64,000 nt of DNA from assembly GCA_947259925.1 (NCBI GenBank), contig CAMYOG010000036.1, forward strand, positions 36,208-100,207, in the 5' to 3' direction. The notes under the pieces were generated by a model, which was not told the origin of the DNA, did no database searches, and saw only the letters and a program-made list of their open reading frames with translations. The stretch's first letter is position 1. Each line of letters starts with the position of its first letter. The DNA is from Thermoanaerobaculia bacterium (GTDB lineage: Bacteria; Acidobacteriota; Thermoanaerobaculia; Multivoradales; JAHEKO01). Of the stretch, positions 50,111-59,632 are shown piece by piece. The position numbers and the translations under genes were made by a program.

Positions 50111-50238
50111 GGGGGACAGGCACGAACATCGATCACCGGGGACCGGAGAGAGTCTGCGTCCTGGCCGCGTCTGGATGAACTGAGACCGTCCGCTGTTCGT
50201 GCCTGTCCACTACATCTCCTTGGTTCGTGCCCGTCCCC
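50111..50238. repeat. second locus of the REP-like family (core GGGGACAGGCACGAACA)
   Basis: Exact core at 50112-50128. Reverse-complement copies lie at 50194-50210 (1 mismatch) and 50222-50238 (2 mismatches), between the hydrolase gene and fbaB. Confidence 0.8.
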
Positions 50239-50282
50239 GACCGTGGCATACTTGGCTGGGCTTCAAATCGGAGGGAATCGTC

Positions 50283-51362
50283 ATGGCAGTCGCTGAATCG
50301 AGTCGAGCTATCGACCGGATCGCCGAGCAGCTCGGCGACGAGGCCGAGGGTCTCCTGAACTTCACCTGCGAGGGGATACCGCGGGACCACCTGCACCTGC
50401 CGGGACCGACGCACATCGCCGATGTCTTCGGGGTCTCGGACCGCAAGCCGAGCGTGATGGTCAGCCTCTCCCGCATCTACAACCACGGTCGGCTCGCGGG
50501 CACCGGCTATCTGTCGATCCTGCCAGTGGATCAGGGGATCGAGCACTCGGGTGCGGCGTCCTTCGCTCCCAACCCGCTCTTGTTCGATCCCGAGCACATC
50601 GTGCGGCTGGCGATCGAAGGGGGATGCAACGCGGTCGCCTCGACCCTTGGCGTGCTGGGCGCGATGTCCAGGAAGTACACTCACCGCATCCCGTTCATCG
50701 TCAAGATCAACCACAACGAGCTGCTGACCTATCCGAACCGCTACAAGCAGGTGCTGTTCGCGAACGTCGAGCAGGCGTGGGACATGGGCGCCGCCGCGAT
50801 CGGCGCGACGATCTACTTCGGCTCGGACGACTGCGACCGCGAGCTGGTCGAGATCTCGGAGGCCTTTCAGCAGGCGCACGAGCTCGGCCTGGCTACCATC
50901 CTCTGGTGCTACCTCAGAAACGAGGACTTCAAGGTCGGGGGTAGCGACTACCACGCTTCGGCCGACCTGACCGGCCAGGCGAACCATCTCGGGGTCACCA
51001 TCGAGGCCGACATCGTCAAGCAGAAGCAGCCGACCAACAACGGTGGCTACGAGGCGGTCGGTTTCGGCAAGACCCATCCCCTGGTCTACGACGGCCTGGT
51101 GAAGGACCATCCGGTCGACTGGGTCCGTTGGCAGGTGGCGAACTGCTACATGGGCCGCGTCGGCCTGATCAACTCGGGCGGCTCGTCGAGCGGCCAGGGC
51201 GACCTGGAGCAGGCGGTCCGCACCGCGGTGGTCAACAAGCGCGGTGGCGGTACCGGCCTGATCTCGGGTCGTAAGGCGTTCCAGCGGCCGATGGAGGAGG
51301 GCGTCCAGCTGCTCAATGCGATCCAGGACGTCTTCCTCTGCGACGAAGTGACCGTCGCCTAG
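50283..51362 (+). CDS. fbaB: class I fructose-bisphosphate aldolase (FbaB/DhnA type)
   Basis: Close to what I recall of E. coli FbaB: [69 protein letters not shown]. Confidence 0.9.
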   Translation: MAVAESSRAIDRIAEQLGDEAEGLLNFTCEGIPRDHLHLPGPTHIADVFGVSDRKPSVMVSLSRIYNHGRLAGTGYLSILPVDQGIEHSGAASFAPNPLLFDPEHIVRLAIEGGCNAVASTLGVLGAMSRKYTHRIPFIVKINHNELLTYPNRYKQVLFANVEQAWDMGAAAIGATIYFGSDDCDRELVEISEAFQQAHELGLATILWCYLRNEDFKVGGSDYHASADLTGQANHLGVTIEADIVKQKQPTNNGGYEAVGFGKTHPLVYDGLVKDHPVDWVRWQVANCYMGRVGLINSGGSSSGQGDLEQAVRTAVVNKRGGGTGLISGRKAFQRPMEEGVQLLNAIQDVFLCDEVTVA

Positions 51363-51376
51363 GAGAGCCTGCAAGA

Positions 51377-52081
51377 GTGACCGACCACGCGGTCGTCTCG
51401 CCCGAGGAGTGGCTTGCCGCTCGCAAGGAGCTGCTGGCCAAGGAGAAGGAGTTCACGCGCCTGCGCGACGAGCTGAGCGACCTCCAGCGCGCCCTTCCCT
51501 GGGAGCGGGTGGAGAAGGAGTACGTCTTTCAGGGCCCGGACGGGGAGCAGACCCTGTCCGAGCTGTTCGCCGGCCGCAGTCAGCTGATCGTCTACCACTT
51601 CATGTTCGATTCGGGGTGGGAGGAGGGCTGCAAGAGCTGCTCGCTGATGGCGGACCACTACGAGCGCTCGATCGTCCATCTCGAGGCCCGGGACGTGACC
51701 CTGGTGACCGTCTCGAGCGCGCCCCTCGACCAGCTCGAGGCGTTCAGGAAGCGGATGGGGTGGAGCTTCAAGTGGGTCTCGGCCGGCCCGACCGATTTCA
51801 ATCGCGACTACCGGGTGACCTTCACCCCGGAGCAGGTCGAGAGCGGCGACATCGTCTACAACTACCGCGAGGACACCGAGTACCCCGGCCCCGAGCTACC
51901 CGGAATCAGCGTCTTTATCAAAGACGACGACGGCGCGATCTACCACACGTACTCGGCCTACGCCCGCGGTCTGGACATCTTCCTCGGCGTCTACCGGTTC
52001 CTCGAGATCGTCCCCAAGGGCCGCGACGAGGACGAGCTGTCGTACGGCATGGAGTGGGTCCGCCACCACGACCGCTACTGA
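51377..52081 (+). CDS. DUF899 thioredoxin-like protein
   Basis: [55 protein letters not shown]...CKSCS is the typical DUF899 layout. Confidence 0.8.
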   Translation: MTDHAVVSPEEWLAARKELLAKEKEFTRLRDELSDLQRALPWERVEKEYVFQGPDGEQTLSELFAGRSQLIVYHFMFDSGWEEGCKSCSLMADHYERSIVHLEARDVTLVTVSSAPLDQLEAFRKRMGWSFKWVSAGPTDFNRDYRVTFTPEQVESGDIVYNYREDTEYPGPELPGISVFIKDDDGAIYHTYSAYARGLDIFLGVYRFLEIVPKGRDEDELSYGMEWVRHHDRY

Positions 52082-53185
52082 CACCCCCGTTGTCGGGCTG
52101 GCGAACTGGCCGTACCCCTGGTCCTCGAGCTCGGCCGACGGGACGAAGCGGAGCGCGGCCGAGTTGATGCAGTAGCGCAGGCCGGTCGGCGCCGGGCCGT
52201 CGGGGAAGACGTGTCCGAGATGGGAGTCGCCGTGTTTCGAGCGGACCTCGGTGCGGACCATGCCGAACTTGCGGTCCTCGTGGCTGACGATGTTGTCCTC
52301 GACCAGCGGCCGGGTGAAGGACGGCCAGCCGGTGCCCGAGCGGTATTTGTCCGTCGACGAGAAGAGCGGCTCGCCAGAGACGACGTCGACGTAGATGCCG
52401 GAACCCTTGTTGTCCCAGTACTCGTTGGCGAAGGCCCGCTCGGTACCGTCTTCCTGGGTGACGTGGTACTGGATCGGCGTCAGCCGCTCGCGCAGCTCGG
52501 CTTCCGAGGGCTTGGAATAGGTGAGCTTGGTCTCGCTGGCGGCGGCACCCCCGGGGGTGTAGACCTCGTCACCCCAGACCTTCTTCAGATACCCCTTGCG
52601 ACCCGAGCCGACGGCGTAGGCGTTGTAGTGGACCGGGTTCTTCTTGTAGTAGTCCTGGTGGTACTCCTCGGCCGGATAGAAGGCCTCGAACGGGGTGATC
52701 TCGATCGCGATCGGCTTGGCGAAGCGGCCCGACGCCTCCAGGGCGTTCTTGGACTCGATCGCCGCCTCGCGCTGCGCCTCGCTGTGGAAGAAGATTCCCG
52801 GCCGGTACTGGCTGCCGCGGTCGGCGAACTGGCCGCCGGCATCGGTCGGATCGAAGCTCCGCCAGTAGATTTCGAGCAGGTCGCGGTAGCTGATGATCTC
52901 GGGGTTGAAGTTGATCTGCACCGCCTCGGTGTGGCCGGTGCGGCCGTACGAGACCTCGCGGTAGGTCGGGTCCTTCTCCGGTCCGCCGGTGTAGCCCGAG
53001 ACCACCGAGCGCACCCCCGGCTGGCCCTCGAACGGCGGCTCCATGCACCAGAAGCAGCCGCCGGCGAGCGTCGCGAGCTCCTCGGGACCGGGGATGTCGA
53101 CGGTCTCGGAGACGGCGCGATTCGAACAGGCGAGACCGCCAACAGCGGCGATCAGAGCGGTCATCAACACGATTTGCAGCTTCAT
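51896..53185 (-). CDS. msrAB: bifunctional methionine sulfoxide reductase MsrA/MsrB with signal peptide (3' end questionable)
   Basis: A GGAGG Shine-Dalgarno sequence precedes ATG 53185. MsrA motif [12 protein letters not shown]; MsrB motifs GTGWPSF and [11 protein letters not shown]. The ORF then runs ~60 further codons antisense into the DUF899 gene before its first stop. Confidence 0.85.
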   Translation of the reverse strand: MKLQIVLMTALIAAVGGLACSNRAVSETVDIPGPEELATLAGGCFWCMEPPFEGQPGVRSVVSGYTGGPEKDPTYREVSYGRTGHTEAVQINFNPEIISYRDLLEIYWRSFDPTDAGGQFADRGSQYRPGIFFHSEAQREAAIESKNALEASGRFAKPIAIEITPFEAFYPAEEYHQDYYKKNPVHYNAYAVGSGRKGYLKKVWGDEVYTPGGAAASETKLTYSKPSEAELRERLTPIQYHVTQEDGTERAFANEYWDNKGSGIYVDVVSGEPLFSSTDKYRSGTGWPSFTRPLVEDNIVSHEDRKFGMVRTEVRSKHGDSHLGHVFPDGPAPTGLRYCINSAALRFVPSAELEDQGYGQFASPTTGVSVAVVVADPLHAVRQLVLVAALGDDLEEPVDAEEDVQTAGVGRVRVVDRAVVVFDKDADSG

Positions 53186-53245
53186 GCTCTCCTCCAGGTG
53201 ACCCGGAATGAGGTCGGGGCGTGAGTGCACGCCGCCCATCGATTC

Positions 53246-54409
53246 TTACGTCACGGGTACCGGATCAGATGCCTGCTGGCGGAAGATTCGCTGCAGCTCC
53301 TCGCGCTGCTCCTCGGCGTCGCTCTCGCCGATCTCGATCAAGCGCCTCAGATAGTCGGGCTGGAACATCAGCAAGCTCAGGAAGTCGGGGCTCTTGGTCT
53401 CGCGGGTGCCCCAACCGCGGGTCAGGAAGCGTAACCCCTTGGGCAGCCTCGGCTCGAACTCCGCCGCCAGCCGACCGAGGTCCTGAGAGGGGCGGAGAAC
53501 CAGGATCTCGATCGGCCGCAGCTCCCCCCAGGACGAGGGGTCGGAGCTCGCCAGCAGACCATTGATCCGCTGCATCCGCTCGGCATCGTGATCGAGGGCG
53601 TCGAGAAAGACGGCGTTCATCATCGAGCCGACGACCTGGGCGGCGGGCGGATAGCCGACGATGGCCGGATCGCTCGCCTCGTCCGCGCTCCGGAGGTGCC
53701 GGGTCGAGATGGCGAGGACGCGCTCGGCACCCAGATGTACCGCCGGCCCGAGTGGGTTCAGCATGCGGATACCGCCGTCGCCGTACCAGTAGTTGCCGAG
53801 CTTGACCGCCGGGAAGGCGAGTGGTAGCGCCGCCGACGCCATGATGTGATCGATGGAGATGCGGGTGTTGATCCCCAACCGTGCGGGCCGTTCCCAGGTC
53901 TCCAGCTTCTGACCTTGCACCCAGGTGACCGTCTGGCCGGTCGCGTAGCGCAGCGTGGTCAGGGCGAGGGCGTCGAGCCTGCCCGACTCGATGTTCTCGG
54001 CGATGCCTGGCACTTCCTCGTCGACGCAGCGCAGGGCCTTGCGCAGGTAGTCGGCGAGCGGTCTTGTGTCGAACAGGCTGCGCGGCCCCCGCCCGCTTCT
54101 CGAGCCGCCCGAGACCAGTCGTGTCCCCCAGCGGAAGACGTTGCCGAGGAGCGAGCCGGTGCCCACCTTGTAGACCTTCTCGGTAGTGAGCGCGGTCCAG
54201 AGCTCCGACAGCTCGTGCGCGGCGCTCTCCAGGCTGCCGCGGTGCGAGGCCAGAAACACCGCGTTGATCGCCCCCGCCGAGGTGCCGGTGATGATCGGGA
54301 TTCGAACGTCGGGCGCCAGCTTGGCGAGGCAGCGGAGGAGGCCCACCTGATAGGCGGCGCGCGCCCCGCCACCGGTCAGTACCAGCGCGACTCTGGCTGT
54401 CGATCTCAT
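53246..54409 (-). CDS. patatin-like phospholipase
   Basis: Start at MRSTARVALVLTGGGARAAYQVGLL (oxyanion G-G-G-x-R) with the nucleophile motif GTSAGAINA. The track's upstream extension was rejected. Confidence 0.85.
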   Translation of the reverse strand: MRSTARVALVLTGGGARAAYQVGLLRCLAKLAPDVRIPIITGTSAGAINAVFLASHRGSLESAAHELSELWTALTTEKVYKVGTGSLLGNVFRWGTRLVSGGSRSGRGPRSLFDTRPLADYLRKALRCVDEEVPGIAENIESGRLDALALTTLRYATGQTVTWVQGQKLETWERPARLGINTRISIDHIMASAALPLAFPAVKLGNYWYGDGGIRMLNPLGPAVHLGAERVLAISTRHLRSADEASDPAIVGYPPAAQVVGSMMNAVFLDALDHDAERMQRINGLLASSDPSSWGELRPIEILVLRPSQDLGRLAAEFEPRLPKGLRFLTRGWGTRETKSPDFLSLLMFQPDYLRRLIEIGESDAEEQREELQRIFRQQASDPVPVT

Positions 54410-54521
54410 CGCTCGCCGGCGCGAGGATAGCGCAGTCGACCGGGCCGTTCCGCGGTGCGCCGACCAGCCGCGAGCCGGAGCGGCGACCGGACCGTAGGAG
54501 GGGTGTGGCCGGGTATCGCTC

Positions 54522-54535
54522 TCCGATAGACTGCC
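54522..54535 (+). promoter_or_regulatory. 14-mer TCCGATAGACTGCC (contains -10-like TAGACT) upstream of lpdA; identical copy upstream of lipA
   Basis: Exact 14-nt match between 54522-54535 and 60353-60366. Both copies are in the sense orientation in the 5' regions of lipoate-related genes. Confidence 0.35.
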
Positions 54536-54589
54536 GCTCCGCAATCCTCGCGGTTCCGCGGACGGGTCGCGGTGAGCACGGGAGCAGGT

Positions 54590-55984
54590 ATGAGCGAAGA
54601 GCTGGATCTGATCGTCATCGGCAGCGGTCCGGGCGGCTACGTCGCCGCGATCCGAGCCGGGCAGCTGGGGCTGCGCACCGCGATCGTCGAGAAAGACCCG
54701 AAGTTCGGCGGTACGTGTCTCCACCGTGGGTGCATCCCGACCAAGGCGCTCTTACACACCGCTGGGCTCCTCGACGAGATCCGCGAAGCCGGCAGTTTCG
54801 GTATCGACGTCACGGAGCCGGCCCTCGACATGGACCGCACCCATGCCTACAAGGACGCCGTGGTCGACAAGAACGCCCGCGGCGTCGAATACCTGCTCAA
54901 GAAGAACAAGGTGACCGCCATTCACGGCCGGGCGCGGCTGACCGGACCGAACGAGATCGAAGTCGCGTCCGCCGCCGGCGGCGCCAGCTACCGCGCTCGG
55001 CACATTCTGCTGGCCACCGGCTCGGTGCCACGCGACATCCCGCCGGCGCCGACCGACGGCGAGCGGATTCTCAACTCGGACCATCTGCTGGAGCTGCGTA
55101 GCGTGCCCGGCTCGTTGTTGGTGGTCGGTTCGGGGGCGGTCGGATGCGAGTTCGCGTCGGTGTTCGCGTCGTTCGGATCCGAGGTGACCCTGGTCGAGAT
55201 GCTGCCGCGTCTGTTGCCGCTCGAGGACGAGGAGGTCTCGAAGGAGCTGCAGCGTGCCTTCCGCAAGCGGGGCATCAGAGCCAAGACCGGAGCCACGCTG
55301 AGCGGAGTCGAGCGGACCGAGAGCGGGGTGGAGGTGCGCCTGACCAGCGGCGAGAAGACCGAGACCGCCGCCGCCGACCTGGTGCTGATCGCCGTCGGCA
55401 GGACTCCGGTCACCGAGAATCTGGGCCTCGAGGCGCTCGGTGTCGAGCTTGACCGTGGCTACGTCGGGGTCAACGAGTACATGCAAACTTCGGTACCGCA
55501 CATCTACGCGATCGGCGACATCGTCGACACCCCGTGGCTCGCGCACGTCGCGTCGGCCGAGGGCATCCTGGCGGTCGAGCACCTGGCGGGCGAGGCGGCC
55601 CGGCCGCTCAACTACGACCATGTGCCGTCGGTCACCTACTGCGAGCCCGAGGTTGGCAGCGTCGGGCTGAGCGAGGCCGAAGCTAGAGATCGCGGGTACG
55701 ACGTCGCGGTCGGCAAGTTCCCGTTCTCCGCCTCCGGCAAGGCGGCGATCGAAGGCAAGACCACCGGCTTCGTCAAGGTCGTGCGCGAGACCCGATACGA
55801 TGAGCTGCTCGGAGTCCACATCATCGGGCCGAGCGCGACCGACCTGATCGCCGAGGCGTGTGTGGCGCTTCAGATCGAGTCGACGACGGAGGAGCTCTTC
55901 CGTGCGATTCACGCGCATCCGACCCTCTCGGAGGCCATGGCGGAAGCGGCGCACGCCGCGGTCGGACACGCGATCCACTACTGA
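54590..55984 (+). CDS. lpdA: dihydrolipoyl dehydrogenase (E3)
   Basis: DLIVIGSGPGGYVAAIRA, redox centre GGTCLHRGCIPTK, a second GxGxxG (VVGSGAVGCEFA) and a C-terminal HAHPTLSEA. ATG 54590 is preferred over GTG 54572. Confidence 0.93.
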   Translation: MSEELDLIVIGSGPGGYVAAIRAGQLGLRTAIVEKDPKFGGTCLHRGCIPTKALLHTAGLLDEIREAGSFGIDVTEPALDMDRTHAYKDAVVDKNARGVEYLLKKNKVTAIHGRARLTGPNEIEVASAAGGASYRARHILLATGSVPRDIPPAPTDGERILNSDHLLELRSVPGSLLVVGSGAVGCEFASVFASFGSEVTLVEMLPRLLPLEDEEVSKELQRAFRKRGIRAKTGATLSGVERTESGVEVRLTSGEKTETAAADLVLIAVGRTPVTENLGLEALGVELDRGYVGVNEYMQTSVPHIYAIGDIVDTPWLAHVASAEGILAVEHLAGEAARPLNYDHVPSVTYCEPEVGSVGLSEAEARDRGYDVAVGKFPFSASGKAAIEGKTTGFVKVVRETRYDELLGVHIIGPSATDLIAEACVALQIESTTEELFRAIHAHPTLSEAMAEAAHAAVGHAIHY

Positions 55985-55999
55985 TTCGAGGTGCTGTAA

Positions 56000-57376
56000 A
56001 TGGCGACTGACGTGATCATGCCTCAGATGGGCGAGTCCATCGCCGAGGGGACCATCACCAAGTGGTTGGTGAACGTGGGGGACCGGGTCGAGCGCGACCA
56101 ACCGCTGTTCGAGATCTCCACCGACAAGGTAGACGCCGAGATCCCCAGTCCCGAGGACGGCGTCCTGCTCGAGATCAAGTTCCAGGAGGGCGACACCGTG
56201 CCGGTGAACGAGGTCGTGGCTCTCCTGGGGGCTCCCGGCGAGGCGCTGGCGGCCGAGGCGCAGCCGGCCGCAGAGGCCGCTCCCGAGCCGGCGCCGGCCG
56301 CGACTCCGCCCGAGCCGGAGCCCGCCGCGCCGGCGACCGCCGCCGCGGAGCCCGCCACGCCGACTGCCGCGGCCGAGCCGGCCGCCGAGGCTCCGGCGGA
56401 TCTGAAGCAGCGGGTGCGCGAGTTCTCGAGCCCGCTCGTCCGGCGGATGGCCGAAGAGCACGGCGTGGACATCGCGCAGCTTTCCGGGAGCGGCATTCAC
56501 GGCCGGGTCACGAAGCGCGATCTGGAGGCGCACCTGGAGAGTCGCGACCGGGCTCCGGCGGCGGCCGCCGTCCCCAGCGCCGCGCGCGAGCCCGAGCTGA
56601 TGCCGGCGGTGCGGCGGGAGCCGACCGGTTTCTCGGTCGCCCCCTACAAGGAGGGCGAGCGGGTCGAGATCGAGCCGATGTCCAAGATCCGGCAGATCAC
56701 CGCCGCTCACATGGCCTACTCGAAGGCGACCTCGGCTCACGTCACCACGGTCTTCCATATGGACCTCTCCCGGGTCGCCAGGGTCCGGCGGTTGGCGAAG
56801 GCCGGGTTCCTCGAGGCCCACGGCACCAAGCTGACCTACATGCCGTTCATCTTCAAGGCGGTGGCCAACGCCCTCAAGGCGAACCCGAAACTCAACTCCT
56901 CGGTCGACGGCACCGATATCGTCTACAAGAAGGACGTCAACCTGGGGATGGCGGTGGCCTTGGATTGGGGCCTTATCGTTCCGGTCCTCAAGCACGCCGA
57001 CGAGCTCAATCTGGTCGGCCTGGCGCGCACCGCCAACGATCTGGCCGATCGCGCGCGCGGCAAGAAGCTGCTACCCGAGGAGGTGCAGGGCGGTACCTTC
57101 ACGGTGACCAATCCGGGCGTCTTCGGCTCGCTCTTCGGCACGCCGATCATCAACCAGCCCCAGGTGGCGATTCTCGGCCTGGGCGTGATCGAGAAGCGAC
57201 CGGTCGTCGACACCGACGCCAACGGCAACGACATCATTGCCATCAAGGAGATGTCGTACTTCGCCATCACCTACGATCACCGGATCGTCGACGGCGCCGA
57301 CGCGGACCACTTCATGAACCACGTCAAGCGGACACTCGAAGAGGAGACCTGGTCCGAGCTGGACGCGTTTTTCTGA
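56000..57376 (+). CDS. 2-oxoacid dehydrogenase E2 component (dihydrolipoamide acyltransferase)
   Basis: Lipoyl domain (EISTDKVDAEIPSP), an Ala/Pro linker, a peripheral-subunit-binding domain (SPLVRRMAEEHGVDIAQLSGSGIHGRVTKRD) and a catalytic domain with DHRIVDGA. Confidence 0.9.
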   Translation: MATDVIMPQMGESIAEGTITKWLVNVGDRVERDQPLFEISTDKVDAEIPSPEDGVLLEIKFQEGDTVPVNEVVALLGAPGEALAAEAQPAAEAAPEPAPAATPPEPEPAAPATAAAEPATPTAAAEPAAEAPADLKQRVREFSSPLVRRMAEEHGVDIAQLSGSGIHGRVTKRDLEAHLESRDRAPAAAAVPSAAREPELMPAVRREPTGFSVAPYKEGERVEIEPMSKIRQITAAHMAYSKATSAHVTTVFHMDLSRVARVRRLAKAGFLEAHGTKLTYMPFIFKAVANALKANPKLNSSVDGTDIVYKKDVNLGMAVALDWGLIVPVLKHADELNLVGLARTANDLADRARGKKLLPEEVQGGTFTVTNPGVFGSLFGTPIINQPQVAILGLGVIEKRPVVDTDANGNDIIAIKEMSYFAITYDHRIVDGADADHFMNHVKRTLEEETWSELDAFF

Positions 57377-57399
57377 TCCGCCGCGCGCTCGGGCAGGCG

Positions 57400-57939
57400 C
57401 TACCTGCCCGGGGCCGACTCGCGGTCGACGATGCCGACGGCGATCAGCCGGCGCGTCAGGCTGGCCAGACAGCGCTCCATGATCTTGTAGATCCCGGAGC
57501 TCCGGTAGCCCATCCTCTCGGCGGTCTCGGCCGGGTCGCAGCCGAGCCCGTAGCGCAGCTTCAGAACCGAGCGACAGCGGGGCGACAGCTGGCCCAGGAC
57601 CCCGCTCAGGTCGCGTGCCAGCGCGCGGCGCTCCTGCGCCGGCTGCTCGGGCTCGGCGACCGACTCGAGGATTGCGGCGTCGACCGACTCGTACAGGCGG
57701 CGGCGGTGCGCGCGCCAGTACATCAGGCAGCGGTTGCGCAGCGTGCCGACCAGCCAGCGGCCTGGATCCCTGATCTCGTCGCGCTTCATCAAGAACGTGA
57801 GCACCGACTGCTGGAGCAAGTCCTCTGCGTCCTCGAAGGGGATGCGGAAGGTCGCGAGCACTCCTCTGAGACGGGGGTGCAGCTCCTCCAGGAGATCCTC
57901 CAGAGGGCGCTCTCGCTCCTGGTTCTTGGCAACGGTCAT
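57400..57939 (-). CDS. sigma-70 family (ECF-like) RNA polymerase sigma factor
   Basis: Region 2-like (AEDLLQQSVLTFLMKRDEIRDPGRWLVGTLRNRCLMYWR) and a region 4 HTH (LKLRYGLGCDPAETAERMGYRSSGIYKIMERCL). No adjacent anti-sigma gene was recognised. Confidence 0.75.
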   Translation of the reverse strand: MTVAKNQERERPLEDLLEELHPRLRGVLATFRIPFEDAEDLLQQSVLTFLMKRDEIRDPGRWLVGTLRNRCLMYWRAHRRRLYESVDAAILESVAEPEQPAQERRALARDLSGVLGQLSPRCRSVLKLRYGLGCDPAETAERMGYRSSGIYKIMERCLASLTRRLIAVGIVDRESAPGR

Positions 57940-57986
57940 GGTGCGGCGAGCTGCTATCGAGAGACGATATCACCGCGCTCGAAAAG

Positions 57987-58754
57987 GTGTCCAACCGTCG
58001 GTCGCGGACGATTAGAATCGAGTCCGTGACGGACGACGCCGCGGCCGCGCGCCGCGCGACTCGCTGCGGGTTCATCGGCCGCGTTGGCTACGCCGAGGCG
58101 ACCGCGCTCCAGGAATCGATCTGCGCCGAGCTGCGGGCCGGGACCGGGGACGAGGCGTTCCTGCTGCTCGAGCATCCGCCGGTCTATACCCTCGGTCGCA
58201 ACGCCAGGCGTGGGGATCTACTGGCCGATCCCGAGACTCTCACCGCGCGCGGGATCGAAGTGCACGAGACCGATCGCGGAGGCCAGGCGACCTACCACGG
58301 GCCTGGCCAGCTGGTCGGCTACCCCGTCCTGGATCTCAACCCCGACCGGCGAGACGTACGCCGCTACGTGCGTGACCTCCAGCAGCTCCTGATCCGGACG
58401 CTCGCCGACTTCGGGGTGCGAGCGGAGGCCAGGCCTCAGCCGGAGATCGGCCTGTGGGTGGGGGAGCGGAAGATCGCTTCATTCGGCGTTCACCTGAGCC
58501 GTTGGCTGACGACCCACGGTTTCGCCCTCAACGTGGCTACCGATCTTTCCTACTTCGCCGGCATCGTGCCGTGTGGGCTCGCCGGCGTCGAGATGTGCTC
58601 GGTCGAGAGCCTGACCGGACATCGTCCGGAGCTCGAAGAGGTCGCTCGGGTCTGCATCGAGCACTTCGCCGGGTTGTTCGAGCGCCGCGTCGAGCACCTG
58701 CCGAAGGGCTTCGCGCTGCGTGCTCCGGCGCTCACTGCCGGAGGTAGCGGATGA
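57987..58754 (+). CDS. lipB: lipoyl(octanoyl) transferase
   Basis: LLLEHPPVYTLGRNA, ETDRGGQATYHGPGQLVGYP, ERKIASFGVH and HGFALNV motifs. An alternative start is GTG 58026. Confidence 0.9.
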   Translation: MSNRRSRTIRIESVTDDAAAARRATRCGFIGRVGYAEATALQESICAELRAGTGDEAFLLLEHPPVYTLGRNARRGDLLADPETLTARGIEVHETDRGGQATYHGPGQLVGYPVLDLNPDRRDVRRYVRDLQQLLIRTLADFGVRAEARPQPEIGLWVGERKIASFGVHLSRWLTTHGFALNVATDLSYFAGIVPCGLAGVEMCSVESLTGHRPELEEVARVCIEHFAGLFERRVEHLPKGFALRAPALTAGGSG

Positions 58755-59632
58755 GTCGATCTGAAACACCGCGGGCGGTCCATCGCGCGGCCCTCTTCGC
58801 GATGGTCGGGCTACTACTGCTGCTGGCGGCCGGAGCCTCGGTGAACAGCCTGGGGGCCGCCCTGTCGGTGCCTGATTGGCCGCTTTCCTACGGCCGGGTG
58901 TTGCCGTTCAACTTCACCGGCAACGCCACTCACGAGCAGAGTCACCGGATCCTGGCGGTGGTCTGCGCGGTTCTGGTGTCCGTGCTCGGAGTCGCCGTCT
59001 GGCGCCACGAGAGGCGACGCTGGGTGCAGACGGTGGGAATCTCCGCGGCAGCGCTCTACTTCGTGCAGGTTCTCCTCGGCGGCCTGGTGGTGCTCTGGCT
59101 CTCGCCCGGCTGGCTCGCTTCGTTGCACATGGTGCTGGCGCAGGTGACCTTCGTGCTGGTCTTCCTGGTCCTGGTCGCGACCTCGAAGCGCTGGCAGGAA
59201 GGGACCGCCGAGGAGCCGCTCCCGGCCGGGCGGCTGGCGACGTCGATCGCCCACGCGACGCTTCTCCAGATCATCCTGGGTGCCGTCTCCCGGCACCCAC
59301 CGGCGGGCCAGGGCGCCTTCGTCCTCACGCTGCTCAGCCACCTCACGCTCGCCCTGGTGTTGCTCGGGCTGGGGATCGCTCTGGCCGTGAAGCTGGCGCG
59401 TCAGGAGGCGCCGCGCCCCTTGCGGGCGACGGCGTGGGCGCTCATGGGACTGCTACTGGTGCAGTTGGCGATCGGCATGCCGCTCCTGGTCGTCTCCCCC
59501 GAGCCGCTCGCCGACGAGTGGACCGCTCCGCGGTCGTTCTCGTATCTGCACATCGGTCACGTGGTAGTGGCGGCGCTGATCTTTGCGCACGCCGCCGCGC
59601 TGGCGGCGCGGGTCAAGACGCGGACGGCGTGA
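58751..59632 (+). CDS. ctaA: COX15/CtaA-family heme A synthase-like membrane protein
   Basis: ATGA overlap with lipB. About 8 TM helices, with VPDWPLSYG and HEQSHR motifs in the first loop region. Confidence 0.7.
   Translation: MSRSETPRAVHRAALFAMVGLLLLLAAGASVNSLGAALSVPDWPLSYGRVLPFNFTGNATHEQSHRILAVVCAVLVSVLGVAVWRHERRRWVQTVGISAAALYFVQVLLGGLVVLWLSPGWLASLHMVLAQVTFVLVFLVLVATSKRWQEGTAEEPLPAGRLATSIAHATLLQIILGAVSRHPPAGQGAFVLTLLSHLTLALVLLGLGIALAVKLARQEAPRPLRATAWALMGLLLVQLAIGMPLLVVSPEPLADEWTAPRSFSYLHIGHVVVAALIFAHAAALAARVKTRTA

Noticed and set aside
53200-53245. Hairpin GGCGTG-CACT-CACGCC after the patatin stop as an intrinsic terminator
   Set aside because: The stem is only 6 bp and no U-tract follows. 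It also lies in the msrAB 5' region. The evidence is insufficient.
56230-56400. Ala/Pro/Glu low-complexity repeat in the E2 gene
   Set aside because: This is the normal flexible linker between the lipoyl and subunit-binding domains of 2-oxoacid dehydrogenase E2 proteins.
54752-56995. 747-codon minus-strand ORF
   Set aside because: It is antisense to lpdA and the E2 gene, both of which have unambiguous catalytic motifs. The composition is shadow-like.
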